The position numbers and the translations under genes are program-made. A stretch of DNA of 64,000 nt from Candidatus Omnitrophota bacterium (GTDB lineage: Bacteria > Omnitrophota > Gorgyraeia > Tantalellales > Tantalellaceae): assembly GCA_024277375.1 (NCBI GenBank), contig JAJRVD010000041.1, positions 2,323 to 66,322 of the forward strand, written 5' to 3'. Positions 30,769-40,191 of the stretch are shown here, piece after piece; the first letter of the stretch is position 1; each line of letters starts with the position of its first letter. The notes under the pieces are model-generated. The model was not told the origin of the DNA. It was given only the letters and a program-made list of their open reading frames with translations, and did not search any database.

Positions 30769-31308
30769 ATGAATCTTGAGATAAAAGCAAAAGTGTTGGA
30801 TGAAAAGGGAATAAAAAGGACATTGCAGAGGATTTCCCACGAGATCCTGGAGAAAAATCAAGATGTCGGGACCCTTGCGATCGTTGGGATCAGAACAAGA
30901 GGAGCGTATCTGGCGGAAAGGATAGCCGAGAATATACAACAGATCGAAGGCAAAGAGGTTCCGGTAGGCGCGCTTGATATTACTCTGTACAGAGATGACT
31001 TAACGGAAGTTTCCGAACAACCGGTAATACGGTCGACCGAAATAGAGTTTGATCTGAACGGCAAACAGATAATACTTGTGGACGATGTTCTATATACGGG
31101 AAGGACGGTACGGTGCGCGCTTGACGAATTGATAGATTTCGGAAGGCCCGCTAACATACGACTGGCGGTCCTTATAGACCGCGGCCACAGAGAATTTCCG
31201 ATCCGTCCGGACTATGTGGGCAAGAACATACCGACAGCCAAACAGGAGAGTGTTGAGGTGCGCTTAAAAGAAACGGATGACGCAGAAGAGGTAAACGTCT
31301 TAGCGTAA
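30769..31308 (+). CDS. pyrR: Pyrimidine operon regulator / UPRTase
   Basis: [28 protein letters not shown] and DRGHRE.PI..DYVGKN motifs. Confidence 0.96.
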   Translation: MNLEIKAKVLDEKGIKRTLQRISHEILEKNQDVGTLAIVGIRTRGAYLAERIAENIQQIEGKEVPVGALDITLYRDDLTEVSEQPVIRSTEIEFDLNGKQIILVDDVLYTGRTVRCALDELIDFGRPANIRLAVLIDRGHREFPIRPDYVGKNIPTAKQESVEVRLKETDDAEEVNVLA

Positions 31309-31354
31309 CCAACTCCCATACCGGGTATGATCCATACCCGGTATGGGAGTTGGT
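31308..31354. repeat. Perfect 22-bp inverted repeat between pyrR and pyrB
   Basis: accaactcccataccgggtatg-atc-catacccggtatgggagttggt. Confidence 0.85.
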
Positions 31355-31365
31355 AAAGGGGAGAT

Positions 31366-32325
31366 ATGAGTAAAAAGAATGCGATGAAATGGACGAGGAA
31401 GCATCTTCTGGGGATTGAAGAGCTTTCGGTGGAAGAGGTCAACCTTATACTTGATCAGGCGGCTAATTTTAAAGAAGTTCTATCTCGGCCGATCCCTAAG
31501 GTGCCTGCTTTAAGAGGGAAAACAATAGTGAATCTCTTTTGTGAGGCATCTACAAGAACAAGGTCTTCGTTCGAGCTCGCGGCAAAACGACTAAGTGCCG
31601 ACACTTTGAGTATAGCGGCTTCTTCTTCAAGCTTTGTAAAGGGAGAGACTTTGCGAGATACGGCTCAAAACATAGAAGCGATGAAAATAGACATGATAAT
31701 TATGAGGCATTCGTGCTCAGGGGCACCATGGTTCTTGTCCAAGCATGTTGATGCCGCGATCATAAACGCGGGTGATGGGTCTCATGAACATCCTACGCAG
31801 GCTCTTCTGGATACCTTTACGATCAAAGAAAAACTGGGCAAGATCAAAGGCCTTAATGTAAGCATAATAGGCGATATAGCGCACTCAAGAGTAGCCCGAA
31901 GCAATATATGGGCCCTGACAAAATTGGGAGCGAACGTTACTGTGTGCGGGCCCAAAACGCTCATACCCGCACAAATTGAGAAAATGGGCGTTAAAGTGAC
32001 ATATAATATTGCCGGGGCCATAAAGGGGGCGGATGTGCTGAATGTTCTGCGGATACAAATGGAAAGGCAGAAGAAAGCACTATTCCCCAGCATAAGGGAG
32101 TATACGAAGATCTTTGGTATAAACACGGAACGATTGAATAAATACGCGAAGAACGACATAGTTATAATGCACCCGGGGCCCATAAACAGGGGTGTGGAAC
32201 TTAGCCAGGACGTGGCCGATGGCGAATATTCGGTCATCCTGGAGCAGGTAACCAATGGCGTGGCGGTAAGAATGGCGGTATTATTCCTCTTGAATCATAC
32301 AAAACAGTCAAGTGGAGTAAAATAA
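31366..32325 (+). CDS. pyrB: Aspartate carbamoyltransferase
   Basis: STRTRSSFE, HPTQALLD and MHPGPINRG motifs. Confidence 0.96.
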   Translation: MSKKNAMKWTRKHLLGIEELSVEEVNLILDQAANFKEVLSRPIPKVPALRGKTIVNLFCEASTRTRSSFELAAKRLSADTLSIAASSSSFVKGETLRDTAQNIEAMKIDMIIMRHSCSGAPWFLSKHVDAAIINAGDGSHEHPTQALLDTFTIKEKLGKIKGLNVSIIGDIAHSRVARSNIWALTKLGANVTVCGPKTLIPAQIEKMGVKVTYNIAGAIKGADVLNVLRIQMERQKKALFPSIREYTKIFGINTERLNKYAKNDIVIMHPGPINRGVELSQDVADGEYSVILEQVTNGVAVRMAVLFLLNHTKQSSGVK

Positions 32326-32364
32326 CCCAAATAACAATAAAAACAAGCATAAAATGGAGTTAAA

Positions 32365-33645
32365 ATGAGTATTTTGATTAAAAACGGACATATAGTAGAT
32401 CCCTCGCAAGGGATAGACAAAAAAGGCGACATATTGATCTCTGAAGGCAAAGTCGCCCGGATAGGTGGCACGATCAACACAAAAGCGGAAACAACGATAG
32501 ACGCTTCAGGTAAGATCGTCTCACCCGGATTTGTGGACATGCATACTCACCTGAGAGAACCCGGAGACGAAGAAGCTGAGACCATCGAGACGGCCCTATC
32601 GGCGGCAGCGAAGGGAGGATTTACAACAGTAAGTGCCATGCCAAACACTCACCCGGCTTGTGACTCTCAGGCGCATGTAAAATTTCTGCAGGAAAAAGCC
32701 GCCGAGGCGGGCCTTGGCAATGTTCTGCCCATAGGTACTATTACAAAAAAGAGAGAGGGCGAAGAGATGTCAGAGATGCAGGAATTAAAAGACGCGGGAG
32801 CCTACGCTATCAGCGATGACGGATCTTCGGTAGCTGACCCGTCACTTATGAAAAAAGCGATGGAGTACGCGTCCATGGTGGACATAGTTGTGATATCACA
32901 CGCGGAAGACAAAGACCTGGTGGCGGGTGGTGTAATGCGAGAAGGCTATTTTTCAACGGTACTGGGGCTGAGGCCCATACCGGCTGAAGCAGAAAGTACT
33001 ATTGTGGATCGCGATGTTCGTCTTGCGGAACTTACGGGAGCGAGGCTGCATATAGCGCACGTTAGCGCAAAAGAGAGTGTCGAAATAATACGTCAGGCAA
33101 AAAAGCGCGAAGTGAACGTAACGGCTGAAGTTACGCCGCATCATTTTACGCTTACAGATGAAGACGCTAAAGGATATGATACAAACATGAAAGTTAATCC
33201 GCCTTTGGCTTTGGCTGAAGATATAGAAGCATTAAAGAAAGGGTTAAAAGACGGTACAATAGATGTTATCGCTACCGATCACGCGCCGCATTCCGCAAAC
33301 GAGAAAGAAAAAGAATTCAATTACGCGCCTTTCGGAATGATCGGACTTGAAACGGCACTTTCGCTTTCCGTGATGAATCTTATTGATAAAGGGATCTTAA
33401 CCTGGCCTGAGTTAATAGAGAAAATCGCTCTTAATCCTTCGGACATACTTGGGTACGAAGGGGGCACGTTAAAAGAAGGAGCTATAGCGGACATAACCAT
33501 TATTGACCCGAAAGCCGAATGGACGTATACTGAAGAAGAGATCAAATCCAAATCGAAGAACTCACCCTTTATCGGATGGAAACTTAAGGGAAAAGTGACA
33601 GATGTGATAGCTGAAGGCAAAATAGTTCTAAGTGGAGTAAAATAG
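32365..33645 (+). CDS. pyrC: Dihydroorotase
   Basis: DMHTHLREPG, KVNPPL and ATDHAPH motifs. Confidence 0.95.
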   Translation: MSILIKNGHIVDPSQGIDKKGDILISEGKVARIGGTINTKAETTIDASGKIVSPGFVDMHTHLREPGDEEAETIETALSAAAKGGFTTVSAMPNTHPACDSQAHVKFLQEKAAEAGLGNVLPIGTITKKREGEEMSEMQELKDAGAYAISDDGSSVADPSLMKKAMEYASMVDIVVISHAEDKDLVAGGVMREGYFSTVLGLRPIPAEAESTIVDRDVRLAELTGARLHIAHVSAKESVEIIRQAKKREVNVTAEVTPHHFTLTDEDAKGYDTNMKVNPPLALAEDIEALKKGLKDGTIDVIATDHAPHSANEKEKEFNYAPFGMIGLETALSLSVMNLIDKGILTWPELIEKIALNPSDILGYEGGTLKEGAIADITIIDPKAEWTYTEEEIKSKSKNSPFIGWKLKGKVTDVIAEGKIVLSGVK

Positions 33646-33652
33646 CACAATA

Positions 33653-34561
33653 ATGTCAAAACTAATCAGAAAAACCCAAAAAATAGCAATAATTTCGAAC
33701 AAAGAGGTTTGTTCAGCCCACTTTGTCATGGAACTAGAAGCACCTTTTCTGGGCGAAAATTCAGCTCCGGGTCAGTTCATTAACATAAGGGTTGATGAAG
33801 GTACGACAGATCCGCTTTTGAGGATACCTCTGGGGATTCATAAAATACATGAGGGTGGGATAAGCTTGTTATACAAGGTGGTTGGTAGCGGTACACAGAT
33901 ATTGAGCAATAAAAAACAAGGGGATCAAGTAGATGTCCTAGGCCCACTTGGAAAAGGGTTTGATGTCGCACGGGTAGAGGCGTATGGCAATACGCCCCTA
34001 CAAAGTACAAAACAAGACCCCGAGGCAATTCTTGTTGCCGGCGGACATGGAATAGCGCCGCTTTACGCGTTGGCGGAAAGCCTGGCGGAGAAAAAAATTA
34101 AGACAACATTTTTGATCGGAGTCAGGTCGCGGGATCATCTGGTATGTGTGGATGAACTAAAAAGCTTAGGCGCCGAAGTTCAAATAGCGACCGAAGACGG
34201 CTCGGCTGGTTATGAGGGATACGTTACGGAATTGCTTGAGGAACTATTGAAACAAGTGATGAAAGGCGAGGTTAACGGGGACAGTCAACGCGCTCGCTTC
34301 TCGCGGCTTCGCTCGGGACAGGAGGGACAGTCCCCTGGCGAACAACAAACGATGATATATTCCTGTGGGCCACGTTTGATGTTACGAGCCCTCTCAAAAG
34401 TAGCGCTAGAAAATAACACGCCGGCGCAGGTTTCGCTCGACGCGTATATGGCTTGTGGTGTCGGGGCCTGCTTAGGGTGCGCTGTTAAAACCAAAGACGG
34501 ATATAAAATGGTCTGTAAAGACGGTCCGGTTTTCGACTCGAAGGAGATACTGTGGACTTAA
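33653..34561 (+). CDS. pyrK: Dihydroorotate dehydrogenase electron transfer subunit (with two palindromic inserts)
   Basis: PGQF, GPLGKGF, MACGVGACLGC and CKDGPVF motifs. Confidence 0.93.
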   Translation: MSKLIRKTQKIAIISNKEVCSAHFVMELEAPFLGENSAPGQFINIRVDEGTTDPLLRIPLGIHKIHEGGISLLYKVVGSGTQILSNKKQGDQVDVLGPLGKGFDVARVEAYGNTPLQSTKQDPEAILVAGGHGIAPLYALAESLAEKKIKTTFLIGVRSRDHLVCVDELKSLGAEVQIATEDGSAGYEGYVTELLEELLKQVMKGEVNGDSQRARFSRLRSGQEGQSPGEQQTMIYSCGPRLMLRALSKVALENNTPAQVSLDAYMACGVGACLGCAVKTKDGYKMVCKDGPVFDSKEILWT

Positions 34562-35469
34562 CAGTAAAAATAAATGACCGAACTTTCAAAAACCCGGTAT
34601 GGGTCGCTTCCGGGACTTTCGGATACGGGGAAGAATTTAAAGACTTTATCGACCTTGAAAAAGTCGGCGCGATAATTACAAAAACAATTACATTGAACGC
34701 CCGGGAAGGGAATCCTCCTCCACGCATAGTTGAGACGCCCTCGGGCATGCTTAACTCTATAGGGCTTGAAAACAAAGGAATAGAGCACTTCGCGAAAAAA
34801 TATTATCCTTTCCTGGAAAAGCTTGATACCAGAATAATTGTGAGTGTAGCCGGACGAGACAAAGACGAATTTGAGAAATGTATTGAAGCGTTGGAAGAGT
34901 TCTCGCCGGACGCTATCGAAATTAATCTTTCATGCCCCAACGTTGTACATCGTCAGACAAAACATAAGTTGATAGCACAAGACCCGGAGACAACCGGAGA
35001 AATAATCGCGGCTGTCAGGAAGAAAACCAAAAGTATTCTTATCGCGAAACTTACGCCGAATGTAACAGATATCTCTGAAATAGCGCTTGCCGCGGAAGCC
35101 GGAGGGGCGAATGCTCTTTCGGTAGTGAATACATATTTGGGTATGGCGGTCGACGCTGAAGAAATGAAACCGATCTTGGGAAATATAGTCGGAGGGTTGA
35201 GTGGCCCGGCAATAAAACCGATGGCGTTAAAAGTGGTATACGATGTAAGCAAAAAAGTAAAGATCCCGGTGATCGGTATTGGAGGGATAATGACGGGACG
35301 GGATGTCGCGGAATTTATGTTGTGCGGAGCCGCGGCCGTTCAGGTTGGAACAGCGAATTTAGCGGATCCGGCGGCGCACAACAGGATACTTTCGGAGTTT
35401 GAAGAGTATTTGGATAGAAAAGGGATTAAGAAAGCAACGGATTTGGTCGGGAAGTTGAAAAAACTCTAA
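34552..35469 (+). CDS. pyrD: Dihydroorotate dehydrogenase class 1B
   Basis: ASGTFGYG, NLSCPN, KLTPN and GGLSGPAIKP motifs. Confidence 0.95.
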   Translation: MDLTVKINDRTFKNPVWVASGTFGYGEEFKDFIDLEKVGAIITKTITLNAREGNPPPRIVETPSGMLNSIGLENKGIEHFAKKYYPFLEKLDTRIIVSVAGRDKDEFEKCIEALEEFSPDAIEINLSCPNVVHRQTKHKLIAQDPETTGEIIAAVRKKTKSILIAKLTPNVTDISEIALAAEAGGANALSVVNTYLGMAVDAEEMKPILGNIVGGLSGPAIKPMALKVVYDVSKKVKIPVIGIGGIMTGRDVAEFMLCGAAAVQVGTANLADPAAHNRILSEFEEYLDRKGIKKATDLVGKLKKL

Positions 35470-35477
35470 TATTGGAC

Positions 35478-35520
35478 TTTTTTTGTGCTTAGGGGTGGCC
35501 CTTTGGGGCCAGGCCCCAAA
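35478..35520. repeat. 43-bp dispersed repeat with TTTGGGGCCAGGCCCCAAA hairpin
   Basis: Reverse-complement copy at 62050-62092 differs at two positions. Confidence 0.85.
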
Positions 35521-35536
35521 ATACAGGAGACGAAAT

Positions 35537-36241
35537 ATGGAAGCGAAAGCGAGATTGATCGTAGCGTTGGATGTGGCGACATTTGAAGAAGCGGAGAAGC
35601 TTATTGACGTGTTGGCTGACGAGGTTGAGATATTTAAGGTCGGGATAGCGCCATTTACGGCTTTCGGACAACCCATTTTGGATAAATTGGCGTCTTTGGA
35701 GAAAAAAGTGTTTTTGGACCTCAAGGTTCACGATATTCCGAATACGGTCGCGAATGCCGCGCGTGCCGCTGTGGAAAAAGGTGTTTTTATGATGAATTTC
35801 CATTGTCTGGGCGGGCAGAAAATGTTGGAAGCGGCCGTAAAGGCTGTTAAAGGGATCCAGTCAGATAGAGAGGCCCCCATTCTGTTGGGAGTTACCATTC
35901 TTACGAGCATGAATGAGGACGATTGTCAGGGCATCGGACTTCGCGGGAGAGTGGAGGACAATGTGCTTGAACTTGCCCGGACAGCCAAAACGGCTAAACT
36001 TGACGGTGTAGTCGCCTCTGCCCGTGAAGCGCGTATGATAAAAGATAATATCGGCAATGATTTTGTTATTGTTACCCCGGGAGTCCGGCCGGAATGGGCC
36101 GCTAAAGGGGACCAACAAAGAGTTCTCACTCCAAAGGCCGCAATTTCCGAGGGCGCCGACTACATAGTCGTGGGAAGGCCCATCCTTCAAGCCGACGACC
36201 CGGCAGATGCCGCACGCAAAATAATAGAAGAAATGGCATAA
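35537..36241 (+). CDS. pyrF: Orotidine-5'-phosphate decarboxylase
   Basis: LIVALD, FLDLKVHDIPNTV, TPGVRP and VVGRPI motifs; start MEAK after AGGAG. Confidence 0.95.
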   Translation: MEAKARLIVALDVATFEEAEKLIDVLADEVEIFKVGIAPFTAFGQPILDKLASLEKKVFLDLKVHDIPNTVANAARAAVEKGVFMMNFHCLGGQKMLEAAVKAVKGIQSDREAPILLGVTILTSMNEDDCQGIGLRGRVEDNVLELARTAKTAKLDGVVASAREARMIKDNIGNDFVIVTPGVRPEWAAKGDQQRVLTPKAAISEGADYIVVGRPILQADDPADAARKIIEEMA

Positions 36242-36345
36242 AAAGAAGCGGGTATCCCCGGATATCCTCAATTTTATATATTGTCTTATCGGCAGAAATG
36301 TATATAATGAAAGTTCACATAAATACGGTCTAAGGAGCACGCATT

Positions 36346-36921
36346 ATGCAAGAAATGGAAATAATGGATATTTTTATAAAAACAAGGGCGTATTTGCAGG
36401 GACATTTTAAGTTGTCCTCAGGATTGCATTCGGGGGCATATTTGCAGTGCGCGTTGGTTCTGCAGGATCCGATCATAGCCGCTAGATTATGCAAAAGTTT
36501 AGCGGAGAAATTCCGGGTGGATAAACCCGATATTGTGGTTGGCCCGGCAATGGGTGGTATAGTTCTGGCATATGAACTTGCCAGAGCCTTGGGGGCCAGG
36601 GCTATTTTTACGGAGAGAGACTCTGAAGGGAAAATGTCGCTCAGAAGAGGTTTTAGGATTTTTCCTGATAATAAGGTTTTAATAGCGGAAGATGTGCTTA
36701 CTACCGGAGGTTCGGTTAAAGAGGTTATCGCGCTCCTGGACAGAGAAGATGTTGTCCCTGTAGGGGTCGCAAGCCTGATAGACAGGAGTTCAGAGAAAAT
36801 AGATTTTAGCGGAATAAAACAGGAAAGCCTGATGAAGATCAATGTCCCGACTTTTCAGGGGGACGCGTGTCCTTTTTGCCAGGAAGGTATACCCGTAGAC
36901 AAGCCGGGATCGAAAAAATGA
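36346..36921 (+). CDS. pyrE: Orotate phosphoribosyltransferase
   Basis: GHFKLSSGLHS and EDVLTTGGS motifs. Confidence 0.95.
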   Translation: MQEMEIMDIFIKTRAYLQGHFKLSSGLHSGAYLQCALVLQDPIIAARLCKSLAEKFRVDKPDIVVGPAMGGIVLAYELARALGARAIFTERDSEGKMSLRRGFRIFPDNKVLIAEDVLTTGGSVKEVIALLDREDVVPVGVASLIDRSSEKIDFSGIKQESLMKINVPTFQGDACPFCQEGIPVDKPGSKK

Positions 36922-36928
36922 AAAATGG

Positions 36929-36990
36929 TATATCGGGCGCCATAAATGGCGCCCGATATGCAGTGGTAGGGGTTCGATTTATCGAACCCG
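36929..36990. repeat. Two REP-like hairpins (one identical in type to the MITE-A core)
   Basis: tatatcgggcgccataaatggcgcccgatat and gtaggggttcgatttatcgaacccg. Confidence 0.75.
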
Positions 36991-37005
36991 AATAGGAGGG
37001 AAAAA

Positions 37006-37602
37006 ATGGAAATGGATCTTAACGGTATAATAAACAAGATAAAAGAAGAAGGTGTCGGAGAGGCGGAAAAGAACGCCGTGGCCATAATAAGCCGGGCGCG
37101 AGAGGAAGCCATCGACATCGTTGAGGCGGCGAAAAAAGAGAAGGAAGAGATAATAAAAACCGCCCGACAAGAAGCCGAAAGGCTTCAGAAAAATGGCGAA
37201 GAAGCTATTAAACAAGCGTCGAGAGATGTTGTTCTAAGCTTGAAAGACAAAATAACCGCGCTTTTCGACAGTATAATCAAGCGGGAAGTGGCTTCTAATC
37301 TACAGGTGGACTGGCTTCGCGAAATGATAACTCACCTTGTGAAAAACTTTAAAACAGATGATACTTTTGAAGTGGAAGTGCTCTTGAGCGAGAAAGACAA
37401 ACAATATCTGGAAAAAAGCGTGTTCGCGGAACTTAAGGGGAAAATGGCCGAGGGTGTAACATTGAAAGTATCTCCGAACGTGGAAAACGGGTTTCGTATA
37501 GGAGAAAAAGGTAAAAACTCTTTTTATGATTTTACGGATGAGGCGATAACCGAAGCATTCAAAACCTTCCTTAATCCGAAAATAACGGAGATATTGAAAT
37601 AG
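37006..37602 (+). CDS. V/A-type ATPase subunit E
   Basis: IINKIKEEGV..AE..A..II..A and GFRIG motifs; first gene of the operon. Confidence 0.88.
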   Translation: MEMDLNGIINKIKEEGVGEAEKNAVAIISRAREEAIDIVEAAKKEKEEIIKTARQEAERLQKNGEEAIKQASRDVVLSLKDKITALFDSIIKREVASNLQVDWLREMITHLVKNFKTDDTFEVEVLLSEKDKQYLEKSVFAELKGKMAEGVTLKVSPNVENGFRIGEKGKNSFYDFTDEAITEAFKTFLNPKITEILK

Positions 37603-37620
37603 ATAGCGTGCATAGTTTAA

Positions 37621-37739
37621 CAGGGTGTATCATGATGTAGGGGCTTGATTCATCAAGCCCGTTATATCGGGTTCGATAAATCGAACCCCTATAATATGCT
37701 GTAGGCAGCTTTTCACAATGTGACTTGTGACACAGCCTG
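37621..37739. mobile_element. MITE-A copy 5 (variant right arm)
   Basis: 119 bp; followed by ttcgcggggatgac. Confidence 0.8.
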
Positions 37740-37804
37740 TTCGCGGGGATGACAGCAGGGGAGCTCAACGGGCTTACCCGCTGAACGCTAGTAAAAGGGT
37801 ACAT

Positions 37805-38317
37805 ATGAGCGAATATTTTTATCTGGTCGCGTCACTGCCAAGCATCACTTTTGGTCAAAAGCCGGACATCTCAAAGGACGAATTTATCGCTGAATGCGAA
37901 AAATGGCTTACGCCGGGTGATATGAAAATGGTGTTATCGGCGGATCTTAGCCGGGAAGATCCTGCCGGTGAAAATTCCGGATGTTTAGCGGCGTGGAAAC
38001 AGTTTGACGCGGGTTTAAGGGGAAAACTCGCGCTTCTCCGGCGTGCCCGCAAGAGAGGTGAAGAACATAAAACAACAGGCATCCTGAAAGAAGTTATGAA
38101 CGAAAAAAACCCGCTTTTAAAAGAAACGGCCCTGGAAAAAGTTCGTTGGGATTTTATCGAACACCAGGGCGTCGGCAGCTATTTTGACGTGAACCGGGTC
38201 GTACTTTATTTTTTACAATTACAAATTTCAGAAAGGCTTTCATCTTTCGACAAAGAGACTGGTGAAGGGATCTTTTACAAACTATGCGAGGTAGACCATG
38301 GAGAAACAAAAGGGTAA
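37805..38317 (+). CDS. V-ATPase subunit C-like (DUF2764)
   Basis: YFYLVASLP...RW.F.......FD...V..Y.LQL.I.ER pattern; lies between subunits E and A. Confidence 0.8.
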   Translation: MSEYFYLVASLPSITFGQKPDISKDEFIAECEKWLTPGDMKMVLSADLSREDPAGENSGCLAAWKQFDAGLRGKLALLRRARKRGEEHKTTGILKEVMNEKNPLLKETALEKVRWDFIEHQGVGSYFDVNRVVLYFLQLQISERLSSFDKETGEGIFYKLCEVDHGETKG

Positions 38318-40013
38318 CATAGTAGCGATCAGTGGGAACATGATAACCATAGAGTTTGACGGCGATGTCATACAAAACGAAGTGGGTTACGTGCTGAGTC
38401 TTGGCAAGCGCTACAAATCGGAGATCATAAAGATCACTGGGAACAAAGCTTTCGCCCAAGTGTTCGAGTATACAAAAGGGATCAAAGTAGGAGACGAAGT
38501 TGAATTCTCCGGGGAGATGCTTTCGGTTCAGTTGGGGCAGGGACTTTTAACTCAGATATACGATGGGCTTCAAAATCCGCTTCCGGAGATGGCGGAAAAA
38601 TTCGGGTTTTTCCTGCCAGTGGGAGTAGAGTTAAACGCGCTTTCTTTTGAGAAAAAATGGGATTTTACGCCGGACGCGAAGGCCGGCGATAAAGTAGTTG
38701 CCGGCAGTGTTCTCGGGAGCGTCCCCGAAGGCCTCTTTAAACACAAGATAATGGTTCCGTTCTATCTGAACGGAGAGTACACGATTGAGAAAGTGACCGA
38801 AAAAGGAACATACCCGATCGAAAAGACAATAGCCGTGATCAAAGACTCTAAAGGGAGCTTGATCGACGTAACCATGACCTTTAACTGGCCGGTGAAGATC
38901 CCCGTAGACGCGTACAAAGAAAAATTGCAGCCCAAAGACGCGCTTGTTACGCGGATAAGAATTCTGGATACACTTTTTCCCATAGCCAAGGGCGGAACGT
39001 ATTGTATCCCGGGTCCGTTCGGAGCGGGCAAAACGGTACTTCAGCAGATAACCAGTCGTTACGCGGAAGTTGATATTGTTATCATAGCCGCCTGCGGAGA
39101 AAGAGCCGGGGAGGTTGTTGAAACGTTAAAAGAATTCCCCAAGCTTATTGACCCGCGGACGGGAAAATCTTTGATGGAACGGACGATCATTATTTGCAAT
39201 ACGTCTTCCATGCCCGTCGCGGCGAGAGAAGCTTCCGTGTATACCGGAACAACGCTCGCGGAATATTACAGGCAGATGGGACTTAACGTGCTTCTCCTCG
39301 CGGATTCGACTTCACGTTGGGCGCAGGCGATGAGGGAGATCTCCGGGCGACTTGAAGAAATACCGGGAGAAGAGGCATACCCGGCGTATTTAGAATCACG
39401 TATAGCGAGTTTTTATGAAAGGGCGGGTTTAGTGGAACTGTATGACGGTGAGATAGGTAGCCTTACTATCGGCGGCACCGTAAGCCCGGCCGGCGGGAAC
39501 TTCGAGGAGCCGGTTACGCAGGGAACACTTAAAGTCGTGGGAGCGTTTCATGGCCTTTCGCGCGAAAGGTCCGACGCTAGAAGGTTTCCCTCTGTGCACC
39601 CGCTGGAAAGCTGGAGTAAGTATAAAAGTTTTATAGATGACAGCCATGTCCGCAAAGCAAAAAGCATTCTGACGAAAGGTGACGAGGTTAACCAGATGAT
39701 GAAGGTTGTGGGGGAAGAGGGTACGTCCACCGACGATTTTGTTATATATCTTAAGAGCGATTTCGTTGACAGTGTTTATCTTCAACAGAACGGGTTTGAC
39801 CCGGTGGATGCTTCGACGACAGACGAGAGGCAGAAATATGTTTTCGCGAAAGTAGTGGAAGTTCTGGACAAAGAATTTACTTTTGAGGAAAAAGAAGACG
39901 CGCGGCACTTTTTCTATAATTTGAGACACAAGTTTATCGACTGGAACTACAAAGAGTGGGATTCCGACGAATTTAAAGAGCAGGAGAAAAAAATAAACGA
40001 GGCGATCGGATGA
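38298..40013 (+). CDS. V/A-type ATPase subunit A
   Basis: GPFGAGKT, CGERAGE and NTSSMPVAAREAS motifs. Confidence 0.96.
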   Translation: MEKQKGNIVAISGNMITIEFDGDVIQNEVGYVLSLGKRYKSEIIKITGNKAFAQVFEYTKGIKVGDEVEFSGEMLSVQLGQGLLTQIYDGLQNPLPEMAEKFGFFLPVGVELNALSFEKKWDFTPDAKAGDKVVAGSVLGSVPEGLFKHKIMVPFYLNGEYTIEKVTEKGTYPIEKTIAVIKDSKGSLIDVTMTFNWPVKIPVDAYKEKLQPKDALVTRIRILDTLFPIAKGGTYCIPGPFGAGKTVLQQITSRYAEVDIVIIAACGERAGEVVETLKEFPKLIDPRTGKSLMERTIIICNTSSMPVAAREASVYTGTTLAEYYRQMGLNVLLLADSTSRWAQAMREISGRLEEIPGEEAYPAYLESRIASFYERAGLVELYDGEIGSLTIGGTVSPAGGNFEEPVTQGTLKVVGAFHGLSRERSDARRFPSVHPLESWSKYKSFIDDSHVRKAKSILTKGDEVNQMMKVVGEEGTSTDDFVIYLKSDFVDSVYLQQNGFDPVDASTTDERQKYVFAKVVEVLDKEFTFEEKEDARHFFYNLRHKFIDWNYKEWDSDEFKEQEKKINEAIG

Positions 40014-40016
40014 ATC

Positions 40017-40158
40017 GGGGACAGTCCACGCGCGGCTTCGCCGCTTGGGACAGTCCCCTGAGCAACCCACTGTCGTCCCGACCGAGCGCGGCCGAGGGAC
40101 ACCGTTCCCGAGGTCATTCTGAGGGCAGAGGGTCTCAGGGTAGCGAGCGGAGGGATCT
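40017..40158. repeat. Cluster of palindromic repeats between V-ATPase A and B
   Basis: GGGGACAGTCC repeat, then gtcgtcccgaccgagcg...gcgagcggagggatct (relative at 62146-62218). Confidence 0.7.
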
Positions 40159-40191
40159 TTGTGGGAAATAATATAACGGAGGGTAGTACAA

